From positions 2,232,001 to 2,296,000 of the forward strand of contig OZ374559.1 in assembly GCA_977862235.1 (NCBI GenBank): 64,000 bases of DNA. Reading direction: 5' to 3'. The stretch is from Dudresnaya verticillata (taxonomy: Eukaryota). Shown one piece after another: positions 23,494-33,831 of the stretch. The position numbers were made by a program, and so were the translations under genes. The notes under the pieces were generated by a model. That model made no database searches. It was given only the letters and a program-made list of their open reading frames with translations, and was not told the origin of the DNA. The stretch's first letter is position 1; every line of letters starts with the position of its first letter.

Positions 23494-25693
23494 TAGCGAA
23501 TGTTACGGATAAATCGATTTGTTAGCGGAGAGTATAAATTGAGATGTTGCCTTGTGTCAAGTTGAAAGGTGAGAAGGAGTAAGGAACGTTGGCAGAGAAT
23601 GGTGGGCAGGGTTAATAAAACAATTCTATTCCCGAGAGGAATCCGCTCCGGTGTGTGAACTCCTCCTTTTGGTACAGCAATAATGCAACCCCCTTGACTC
23701 TGTGCACGTCCGCTGAACGAAATAACTTTCCGAAAAAAAGGGTCACTATTTCCTCCCATAGGCCGTCGTTGCAGATGCCGGTGCACTCAAAACCGTCCTA
23801 TAAAGTTTAATATCACTATTTCCTCCAACGAGGCATATCGCCTGCTACTGACTGGGGACATGGGGACAGCTAAAGAGCACTTGATGATTATACTTTGAGC
23901 CAAGGTTCCGGAAGCTAAGCAGAACGTTTAGTCTGATTTCTACAAACACTTCCTCCTTGGCTTGTTTGTTGATGTCCTGTTTGCTCTGGGTACGTAGTTT
24001 TCAATGCAAAGACCTCTCTCTGCCTCCTCCCTCCTGGAGAGAAAGATGGGCAGAGCTTTAATAGTACCTGGAACTGCCTAGCTGCAGCACCGGGTTAATC
24101 TATGCTCTTTTTGAACGAGCATGTATAGGACTAGTCGCAAATGGTATAGCCACAGATCCTACACTAGTCGTCAATGGTATTTCTGTGGTATCCCTGAAAC
24201 TGTCCGATCCTCAAAACAAACCTCCCTCGGGACGGGCTTGAAGATGTTACGTCTATAACGGAACATCTCCGAGCTTAGAGTAAACTCGTAATTCAAAATG
24301 CAATTGCTTCAAGCTAGTAAGTGAGGAAGAGATGCCACTTGGCAATAATTGTCTACATTTCGCACGCGCGCCGAAAAGCCGCCGTATTTCACCATACAGT
24401 CATCTCTCGATTAGTGAAACCCGTCATACCGGGAACCCCCTATTACAGAAACCGAAACGGGTCTCCGCACTTGGGAGAAGCGAAATTATATCAAAAAAAC
24501 AACAGTAGTTCCACTTTCGATATCTGAAACCGACATTTCACGCCCGAAGGGCACCGCTACAACGTTCATATTGTAAAAAAACGACCGTTAAAGGCCTCCA
24601 GGCGATGATAACGACGGCGGTAGAGCTGAAATGTAGCCTTATTTAATAGAAACGCCTTTCACGGCAACGCTAGAGTAGACTAACTCCCAGACACTCTACC
24701 ATGACGCTTATCGCCCTCACAATTCTTCAGAAAAAAAATATGCCAGCGAATTGCGGAGAGATATGGGCAGGACACGCCGCCCTTTAGACGTTGTATTGCG
24801 CAGACACAGCGGGCTGTCAAGGCGGAGTCATGCACATCTGCCAGGCAGACTAGGATAGAGAACTACTTCCAGTAGATTTTTTAAGTACTGTGCGGTATGA
24901 GGGTTGTTTACTCTCTTCAGGTTGATATTGAAATGTTTTCTACCTTTTCCTAAGTGAAACCCCCTTATTAGAGGAACCGACTTGGGTCCACGGACTGGTT
25001 CCTCTTATCGAGAGATGACTGTACCCCGCAAACTGGCTGGGAAAAGCCATTGCAATCCAGATGAAAAATCCTGGTCTTGCACGGGTTGCTCTCATGGCCT
25101 GGATAGCCTTAGCGTTGCCATACGATAGTGATTTGGCGCTACGAGAGATAACTGCCAGCGTTGCGAGTATCTCAAACTTTCGATAGAAATACAAACCAGA
25201 GCATCGTCTCTCTAGTGTGGAGCACAAGTACCACCAATACCTGAGTCGCGATCATGGCCACTCTCAACTCCGAATAAAACGCCACGCCACGATTGCACCT
25301 TACTCTGTCTGCATGGGATGATGCTGATGGCATAGTACATGTGAGTAGTTCGAAAGGACTCCAATCGATGCCATGATTTCAGTCACTAATTTTCGCATTG
25401 GGCAATCGCAATTAGCGCAGCAGTGCGGTCCAGTGATTCAGGGCTCATGCGATTGGATAAAATGGCCCATTTGCGTTTATATCGGGATCACCCAACCACA
25501 AGTCATGCCCCACTCTGTATTTCACAGCCGATGGTCAAAGCCTTACTCGTCTTGCTTGCAGCCCCTTCTTGGCTTTGAAATGTAGGCTCACCTTCTCAGT
25601 TTATCCGCATGAGTGATAGATCCACGCCAGCTGGCCCTGTTCAGCGGAGGTGCTTGTCATTCTCCCTGCTGAACTCACTCGCTTGATATCCGC

Positions 25694-25701
25694 TATATAA
25701 A
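25694..25701 (+). promoter_or_regulatory. TATA box of the PG-binding repeat gene
   Basis: TATATAAA about 160 bp upstream of ATG 25856, followed by a CA-rich leader. Confidence 0.6.
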
Positions 25702-25855
25702 GACCACTCAATCACACTCCCCTCATCCCCACACACCGGACATCCCAAGCTCCAACTGCTTGACCGCTGCTTCACCACATCGCCGTTGACCAAAATTATA
25801 CAATCACCACATCGCCCAAAATCTACGAACACTGCTTTACCCATCCAACCTTGAA

Positions 25856-27667
25856 ATGACCTGCAACAACGGTTCTTCCTTGCCTTCTGTATGCACCACC
25901 CGCCCAACGCTGAGGCCCGGCAGCCATGACTCTGACTCCATCCGCCAGCTCCAAGAAATGCTGAACAAGTGTGGCGGCGCCCATCTCACTGTGGACGGTG
26001 ATTTCGGAGAGGACACCAAAACGGCCGTTCGGGACTACAAGCGTGAAAATGGGCTTGCCGCCAACGTAGTTGTTGGCCGCCTAGCATGGGAATCTCTGTG
26101 CAGCAAATGCAGCAACGGCAGCGGTGGGGTCCCAGATATATGCTCTACTCGGCCGCTACTCAAGTGCGGATCTCACGACAGCGCGGCCATTCGCCAACTG
26201 CAGGAAATGCTTAACAAGTGTGGAGGTGCCCACCTGACTGTGGACGGAGTGTTCGGTCGCCACACTGAGAATGCTGTGAAAGATTACGAGAGGAAAAATG
26301 GGCTGGTATGCGATGGTATTGTCGGAAGTCATACATGGTCCTCGCTCTGTAGTAAGTGCGGTGATAGTGGTTCCGGTGATGGATCCGGTACCCCAAGCGT
26401 GTGCTCTACTCGCCCTACCTTGAAGTGCGGTTCTCATGAAAAGGAGTCTGTTCGCCAACTGCAGGAAATGCTTAACAAGTGTGGAGGTGCCCACCTTACG
26501 GTGGACGGAGTGTTCGGGCGCCACACTGAGCATGCTGTGAAAGATTACGAGAGGAAAAATGGGCTGGTATGCGATGGTATTGTCGGAAGTCATACATGGT
26601 CCTCGCTCTGCAGTAAGTGCGGTGATAGTGGTTCCGGTGATGGATCCGGTACCCCAAGCGTGTGCTCTACTCGCCCTACCTTGAAGTGCGGTTCTCATGA
26701 AAAGGAGTCTGTTCGCCAACTGCAGGAAATGCTTAACAAGTGTGGAGGTGCCCACCTTACGGTGGACGGAGTGTTCGGGCGCCACACTGAGCATGCTGTG
26801 AAAGATTACGAGAGGAAAAATGGGCTGGTATGCGATGGTATTGTCGGAAGTCATACATGGTCCTCGCTCTGCAGTAAGTGCGGTGATAGTGGTTCCGGTG
26901 ATGGATCCGGTACCCCAAGCGTGTGCTCTACTCGCCCTACCTTGAAGTGCGGTTCTCATGAAAAGGAGTCTGTTCGCCAACTGCAGGAAATGCTTAACAA
27001 GTGTGGAGGTGCCCACCTTACGGTGGACGGAGTGTTCGGGCGCCACACTGAGCATGCTGTGAAAGATTACGAGAGGAAAAATGGGCTGGTATGCGATGGT
27101 ATTGTCGGAAGTCATACATGGTCCTCGCTCTGCAGTAAGTGCGGTGATAGTGGTTCCGGTGATGGATCCGGTACCCCAAGCGTGTGCTCTACTCGCCCTA
27201 CCTTGAAGTGCGGTTCTCATGAAAAGGAGTCTGTTCGCCAACTGCAGGAAATGCTTAACAAGTGTGGAGGTGCCCACCTTACGGTGGACGGAGTGTTCGG
27301 GCGCCACACTGAGCATGCTGTGAAAGATTACGAGAGGAAAAATGGGCTGGTATGCGATGGTATTGTCGGAAGTCATACATGGTCCTCGCTCTGCAGTAAG
27401 TGCGGTGATAGTGGTTCCGGTGATGGATCCGGTACCCCAAGCGTGTGCTCTACTCGCCCTACCTTGAAGTGCGGTTCTCATGAAAAGGAGTCTGTTCGCC
27501 AACTGCAGGAAATGCTTAACAAGTGTGGAGGTGCCCACCTGACTGTGGACGGAGTGTTCGGTCGCCACACTGAAAATGCTGTGAGAGATTATCAGAGGAA
27601 AAATGGGCTGGCTTGCGATGGCACCGTCGGCAACCGCACTTGGTCTTCCTTGTGTAACAAGTGCTAA
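25856..27667 (+). CDS. Protein of seven tandem Cys-rich peptidoglycan-binding (PG_binding_1-like) domains, 603 aa
   Basis: Each unit reads L..GS....VRQLQEML...G...VDGVFG..T..AVKDY....GL..DGIVG..TW..L, the PG_binding_1 three-helix consensus. Period is 87 aa / 261 bp, and the ORF is intact. Confidence 0.93.
   Translation: MTCNNGSSLPSVCTTRPTLRPGSHDSDSIRQLQEMLNKCGGAHLTVDGDFGEDTKTAVRDYKRENGLAANVVVGRLAWESLCSKCSNGSGGVPDICSTRPLLKCGSHDSAAIRQLQEMLNKCGGAHLTVDGVFGRHTENAVKDYERKNGLVCDGIVGSHTWSSLCSKCGDSGSGDGSGTPSVCSTRPTLKCGSHEKESVRQLQEMLNKCGGAHLTVDGVFGRHTEHAVKDYERKNGLVCDGIVGSHTWSSLCSKCGDSGSGDGSGTPSVCSTRPTLKCGSHEKESVRQLQEMLNKCGGAHLTVDGVFGRHTEHAVKDYERKNGLVCDGIVGSHTWSSLCSKCGDSGSGDGSGTPSVCSTRPTLKCGSHEKESVRQLQEMLNKCGGAHLTVDGVFGRHTEHAVKDYERKNGLVCDGIVGSHTWSSLCSKCGDSGSGDGSGTPSVCSTRPTLKCGSHEKESVRQLQEMLNKCGGAHLTVDGVFGRHTEHAVKDYERKNGLVCDGIVGSHTWSSLCSKCGDSGSGDGSGTPSVCSTRPTLKCGSHEKESVRQLQEMLNKCGGAHLTVDGVFGRHTENAVRDYQRKNGLACDGTVGNRTWSSLCNKC
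26141..27664 (+). repeat. 261-bp coding tandem repeat (units start at ~26141, 26402, 26663, 26924, 27185, 27446)
   Basis: Central units look identical at nucleotide level, terminal units have diverged. Confidence 0.95.
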
Positions 27668-28322
27668 TATGCAAGCCTTGGAACCAGTCTATGGAAAGCG
27701 GGTAGGAATGCGATCGAAGGTGGCTCGGTTGGATAACAAGGGAGGAATTATCTGAGTATTGCTCTTTTGAAGATCCTCAGCCGAGGAACGTAGCATTCTC
27801 ATGTGCTTGGAATGTTAGTGATAGTCAACTTTACTGGACTGTTTAGAGCTTTACGGCCGAAAGGAAGGGGTCCTAACCTGTCCATGTGGAGATACGTCTA
27901 ATGTAATCGCCCATATCTTTTCTTATGTCGTTAGGTATCCCCGTCTTTTAGTATGCCGATAGGATGCTGCACGCTATCTCGCCAATGGAGAATGAAAATC
28001 CATCGGCCCGAACAGCACACCGCAGTTTTCCTCTCTCTTCGTCTTGCGTATTCTGAATCGCTGATTGCTTCACACGAGGAATGCTTTCAAAGATTCCTTC
28101 CCGTGCTTGACGCTGAGTAATAATAAAGTCGTGATATCATCAACAGCACCCACGCTGAGTTTCTCAAACCATGACTCGAGCTGGTGGCTGTCATGTTGAT
28201 GTCTCCATGGCATTGTTGTGTCACTTTGGGTGTATCTTCGAGGGTATGGGTCAAAGTTCCTGTTGGACCCTCCCAAAAGAGTGGAAGCACTGCGACCGCA
28301 AGTGTAGATAGCTACTAAAGTA

Positions 28323-28480
28323 AGATCTTAAGTAGGGAGCATCACAGTACTACACGAAGCAAATCCACAATGAAGCGGCAAGAGCTTAGTGGCTTCTTTT
28401 TGCTTGGTCCGGCATGGAGGTCGTGGAATCGAGTCCCGCGGGTGCATGCACGTGTGAAGCTGGAGAATAGTCTACATACA
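28323..28480 (+). mobile_element. tRNA-derived SINE-like repeat, copy 2
   Basis: Aligns with 19902-20065 (ATCTTAAGTAGGGAGCATCACAG..GAATCGAGTCCCGCGGGTGCATGC..GAAGCTGGAGA). Confidence 0.65.
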
Positions 28481-28869
28481 CAAGTTGGAGCTGTGCTGGC
28501 ATCAAAAACATTCCCGGTCCCCCAAACGCCCTCTTTGACGTTTGCCTCATCAGAGAAACATCATCAACAAAGAAGGCAATCGTTTTTCTTACTTATCTTT
28601 GGGCATGTGATGTTGTTCTTTAATGTTGTCTATAGCGAGCGTATGTACATGCACATACGACATGTACAGGTGCATTTGTAAGTGCCACATGTCCCGTTTC
28701 CAGACTCGCGTTCTCCGAGAATATATCACCTTGCGTGCGAAACTCACTTATAACTCATCAAAGGGACCAGACAAGAAAATCCGAAGCAGTCCCGAGCCTT
28801 CAAGCCTGTGACCGGCGGCTGCGAATTGACTGTTTATTTTAAGCCAACCATTTTGTTTCCAAAGCCTAC

Positions 28870-30030
28870 GATCATTTCCTGAGCTTCACCTCCATGCCTT
28901 TCAACGCTTCAAGTCCGTTCAGCGGTTCGCCTCCTCACCAACAGCATCGGACAATTTACTTCTGCTCGCATCTGCCCGATCGATAGAGCCATTACAGAAG
29001 CACTGCTTCCTCTACAAAACCTTTCTCTTCTCCCCTTGCCTCTCACCCCGGAAGCTCTATTACGGAAAGCTACTCAACGCAATGGTTCGGTTCCTGGCAT
29101 TCAAATGTCCATTACGGATAGTATTATGGCTGCCCGTGCAGCTGTACTCCGCTCTCCATCGCTTTCCTTGCATTCTTCAACAGTGCAAAAATCGTACATG
29201 GCTCGTCTACTGTCCTGCAGCACGGCTGCAGCTAGTGTGCCATTTACTGCCCTCCCGAATACCTATCGCGGAACTCGCTTCACCCCGGAGGAATGGATTA
29301 CCGCGTGTGATATCCGCTTGGGCAACCCGGTTTTCACCGGCACTACTCGTTGTCCCCACTGTGTACTCACGCGGGGCGTGATGCAAGCTCCTCTACTTGA
29401 TCCTCTCGGGAAACATGCCATCATCTGCGCTAGGCGCGAAGGTGCTATCCGGCGTCATAACACCTTACGCGATGTTCTGGCCAACGAATTCCGCCAGTTG
29501 GGCCTACGCCCTATCTATGTCGAATACTCGTTTCTCGCCGAACGTCATCTTCCCCCTACTTCTCGTCGCCGTATGGACGTGGTGGTTCCTATATCTGCCT
29601 TTAACCCCCGCCCTCAGGCCTTTGACGTTACGGTGGCAGCCCCGTTTGCTGCCAATTACTGCACTGCCGCCTCTCGCTTGGGTGGGGCAGCGGCGACGCT
29701 CGCTGAAAGGCCCAAAAGAGCGCATTACCAAGATCTACTCGACAGCGAGGGAATGGATTTCTATGCTGTCGGTATTGACTCCTACGGCGCTATTGGCACT
29801 GAGGCTCGTCAGGCGTTACGTGCCATTGGCCGCTTTACGTCCGAACGGAGAGGGAGTAACCCTTCGGACGAAACGCAAGCACTCACGAATCGCATTGTAT
29901 CTCATCTTCTCCGCTTTCAGGCGCTGGCGATCAATCGCCGTCGTCTTGCCCTTCAGGTAGGTCCTTGCGTAGACGGGGCGACTTAGCGCCCTTCCAACCC
30001 TACCATAAAGGTCCCCATCTCTCTTCAACT
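28870..30030 (+). mobile_element. CRE-type retrotransposon 3' fragment with open zinc knuckle + restriction-like endonuclease frame (29036-29986)
   Basis: CPHC..DPLGKHAIIC, RRHNTLRD, RRMDVVV..AFDVTV, AERPKRAHY, DSYGAIG, AINRRRL: CCHC-RHN-PD..D..K layout of RLE domains. Confidence 0.88.
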
Positions 30031-30435
30031 CTGCTAACAACACATGAAAATGAGAATCAAACGGTGCTGACTACAAATCCTAGCCGTTTCCAGGCTATTG
30101 ACGGGTCCCCCGTAATCACTGACTATCGGTGTTGCAACGTAATCTTCGATCGTAAGAATGATCAACATAAGCGTGTCGTCTCTTCTTTCGGCAGATATTT
30201 CCTTCATCTTATCGTTTGCATCGGATTCAGGTTCTACTATGCTCCATACCGTCCTGAATTTCAAGCAGAGCTCAAGTTTTCTAGACTACATACAGTAGTT
30301 TTGTCCCGTCAGAACAACGCGCAGGGAACAAGAGTCCCCTGGTTTCAGGATGTTCATGATATAGATACGTGTAGACTACTCTCCAGCTTTGAATGAACAC
30401 GCACCCGCGGGACTTGATCCCACGACCTCCATGGT

Positions 30436-31327
30436 GGCCCACGCACAGCTTTTCCTTGTCGCCGATAATGGGGCAGCCTCCCCGAGACACGGCCTGTAAC
30501 CTAACTCGCACATCTGCCCGCTGCAATTCTCTGATTCCGGCATGAATGTTCTATACGATGCCCCGCCTTCTGCTAACACTACTTACTTCTTCTTGGATGG
30601 TCGTTTCAAGACGCTTCGCACAACAGGCCTTTTCTCATGTTTTCCGACGCCGCTGGCGAACCCATTCCTTGGCGTAACTGGCAGTGGTACAGGGGAAGGA
30701 GTTCCATTTCGTGCCTCACCAATGTCGGTGATCAGTTCGAGATTCCAGTATCTGTCGGATTTGCACGAGCGCCGATCATATTGAAGAGCGTTACTCCTTC
30801 TGCAGGTTCGCAACCAGGAACTAATCCGGGTGACTTCTCCATAACAGAAGGTAGTCCAGCTCCCAACGAGAAGTTGGATTTAACCACTCCGGAACCTATG
30901 TACGAGTCGACGAGCCTTGCATCCTTGCCTTCTCCGAGCCCATCTCAAGTGCAAGCCCCTATCGATGACACACAGGGCCCAAGTGCGGAGGTGGAAGTGC
31001 TCACTGTAGTCGACTCAGCAAGCCCGGATGAAACATGAATCCCCACAAGAGACGGACTGGTGGTGTGCCCACGTGTGTTCCGTCTTGGGTACATCACAGT
31101 CTTATGTGAGTACTCCGGCAATGGTTCCGGTGCACCAAGATTTGCAGATTTCTTTGTTGACGGAGATTTCGTCCGCCGCGAGCTCCATTCGCCTTTCTTC
31201 ATCTCGGGCAATATCGGCGACGATGTCTCCCCTTGGCTAAACTACCCCCATGGTCAACCTGTTACAGTATCTTGCCAACTTAGCAACGGGAATAGGATGA
31301 ACAACCCTACCATTTTCTTGCGAGTAG
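30436..31327 (+). pseudogene. Pseudogene copy of the secreted protein at 56057-57001
   Basis: High nucleotide similarity to the reverse complement of 56057-56945. Lacks the signal peptide, has a frameshift near 30608 and a TGA at 31036-31038. Confidence 0.88.
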
Positions 31328-31589
31328 AGGGAGGTTTGGGAAGCGCTTCAACGAGCTACAGTGTTAATGTCGCCGCCTTGGTATTCACAGTATGGCTGGT
31401 TCTTCATTCTACAGTCATAAACATCTATGATCGTGTGAGCTCTGGGTTTGAACAAGGCACTCAAAGGATTAAAACAACGTTTCTGAGTAGGCTTGCCCAG
31501 GCGGGGAAGGCTGCGATGGCCACCGCTATGGCGCCGAGACAAAGAAGTGCACTCTAAAACGAGTCCGTAATCTTTATCATGCATCCAAT

Positions 31590-31920
31590 CGAACTTCGCT
31601 TGAATGTTCTGGTGATGATCGACACCTTGCTCGTTTACGTTCTGGAGAGTCTGTTTCTCGACGTGAAGATCTCCGCATGGATTTATATGTCAATGACGCT
31701 AGCTTTGCCCCGCGTCCACAAGGGTTCAATGTCTCCGTTATCAGTCCTCATTCTCTTCATCGTACCACTGGTAGAGTGTCCGGTCAAGCTATCGCCCAAT
31801 GTGAACGTGTCAAGCTGTCACATTATCGGCGTGTGCGTGGAAGCCTAGGCATGGATTTGCATGCTATGTACGCTCGTTCTTCAATGTGTTGCAGTTAGCG
31901 TGAATCGCCGCAACCTCTCC
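31590..31920 (+). mobile_element. CRE-type 3'-end fragment
   Basis: RMDLYVNDASFAPRPQGFNVSV..CERVKLSHYRRV..LQCVAVSVNRRNL. Confidence 0.72.
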
Positions 31921-33831
31921 CCTCCTCCTGCAATGTGTCCTGGTAGTTAGACCCTTTTTCCCAGGGCTGCTTTTTTAAAATTAAAATTAAGGTTGTGCCT
32001 TCCTTCTCTTTATCATCACTGTGATACGGACGCGGCTTAGTTCCCGTGTACCGCATCCCCGTTGCGGGCCGACTGTAAAGTAACCACTACCGAAGAAAGG
32101 GGCAACGAAGCTAATACAGCTCGATTCTTAAGTCTTTACCAATTTGGGAGACCATCATGCGACTAAATCGAGCGAAGCGCTACCGCGCCAAAGTAAACAT
32201 AACCAGCAAGAAAGCATGGAGAAAATAAAGGCCTTGTTGTCTCGCTTATGACTGTAGGTTGTTTTATGCCATATGCTTGAGGTCTGGGTTTGAAGCTAAA
32301 GCTTGAAGAAGAGAGAGAATGTTTAATCGTGATATAGACTCCAGGTTCCTGATCAAGTGATCTTGGATTGCAGAGACGACGAGAAAGTTGATGACACCTG
32401 AGGTGGTATTCTTTATTCAAACAAATGAATAATAAGCAATGAGTGCAATGCCTCGCTTGGTATCGACGAGGTTAGCGCAAAGCTTCTTCGCAGTACTGAT
32501 TTCAATGGTGGAATTCTGGATCCAGCTCAGGACCTGGCTGGCAGCAAAAGTCTTGCTATGACAGCAATATAGCGCTTGTAGCGGTATCGATCAACAAAAA
32601 TACAGAACAAGGTCGGTATACAAACAAGTATAAGTTAGATGCCGCACCACATCGATACGAATACAATGATAGAACCATAAACAGTGACCCTGGTCTTCCA
32701 GTATGAATATGTCATTAGAAAGAAAAATAGAGGACTCATTTATTATGGCAGTGATGGTAAGAAGCATAGCACAGATCCGCTCGACATTATTAGTATGATT
32801 GTTTTCAATTGTCTCATAAAGCTCAGATATGGCGTTACGTGGTTCCCACCTCGGATAGGTGCACAGCGGAGGAAGCGGAAGGGGAAGACTTTGCAGGGAT
32901 CAGGCTTAAAGGAGTTTCCCACTGCGGCTGCAGTCGGTCCTAGTGATGGTGATCAATTTGTTCAACAAGCGGTGTGCAGATCCTTCGAGGGGGGGGATTT
33001 GTGTCCCATTTCAGATTTGACGTCTCGGCCTTCAGGATCATTTCACGAGGAGGTTTCGGGTGGCCGTTGTGGACATTGCCGGCGCCTCGTCGGGGAATAA
33101 CACATGCGACTGCAGCGATTCCATTCCTTCGCAAAGGCAGTGCAGCTGCACTTGTGTGTGCCCCCAATGCCAACAGCAGCCGGCCCAAGGCCTCGCCGAA
33201 GGGCGCAACCGTTTCGACAACAGCCGCCAGCCGGGGCATGCGACGCCAACAGGGCCCGCCTTGGAACAGTCGCGAGGCGGTGCGGCGCGTGCGCCGGAGC
33301 CCGCCGTGCACGCCGTGCGCGCGTTGCCGCCGCGCTGCAGCAGCCGCAGCGGCGCTGGCCGCGCCCAATGGCGGCCGCGTGTCTCCAAAAAGCCTTTTCC
33401 GCCGCGTTCCAGACCGACTGCGCGCTGCCGCGCCGGGGCGGAACGCCGCGCGCGCCGCGTGCTGCAGCTGCACGTCCGCACATAAGTCCCCGCCGCGCCC
33501 AACTGCCGCGCTGCCGCGCTGCCGCGCTGCCTCGCGCCGCCGCCGCGGCCAATTGCCGCGCGCGCCGCCCGCCCCGACGTGGCGCTTCGCCGCCGCCAGC
33601 GCAGCTTCTGCGCCGCATTTCGTTTCGCGCCCCGTCGCTTCGTTTCGCCCCGCGTCGCTTCGTTTCGAGCTTCGTGTTCGTCTTCCGCGATATCACAGAG
33701 CCGAACGGCAAAGCTCCGCGCAGCAACCCACCTCCACACATCTACCACCCACCCCGACCCCGACCCCGACCCCGACGCCCTCCCCACCCCACCCCCCCAC
33801 CCCCCCACCCCGCCCCCGCTCCGCGCGCGCC

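Noticed and set aside
26156..27568. 470-aa antisense ORF
   Set aside because: A shadow of the repeated sense gene: a stop-free reverse frame is propagated by the tandem repeat.
26141..27664. CRISPR-like periodicity
   Set aside because: No unique spacers; this is an in-frame coding repeat.
32974..33831. N-terminal 286 aa of the 994-aa ORF and the overlapping Arg/Ala/Pro-rich ORFs at 32940-36193
   Set aside because: GC-rich sequence lacking stops; recognisable domains begin only after ATG 33832.
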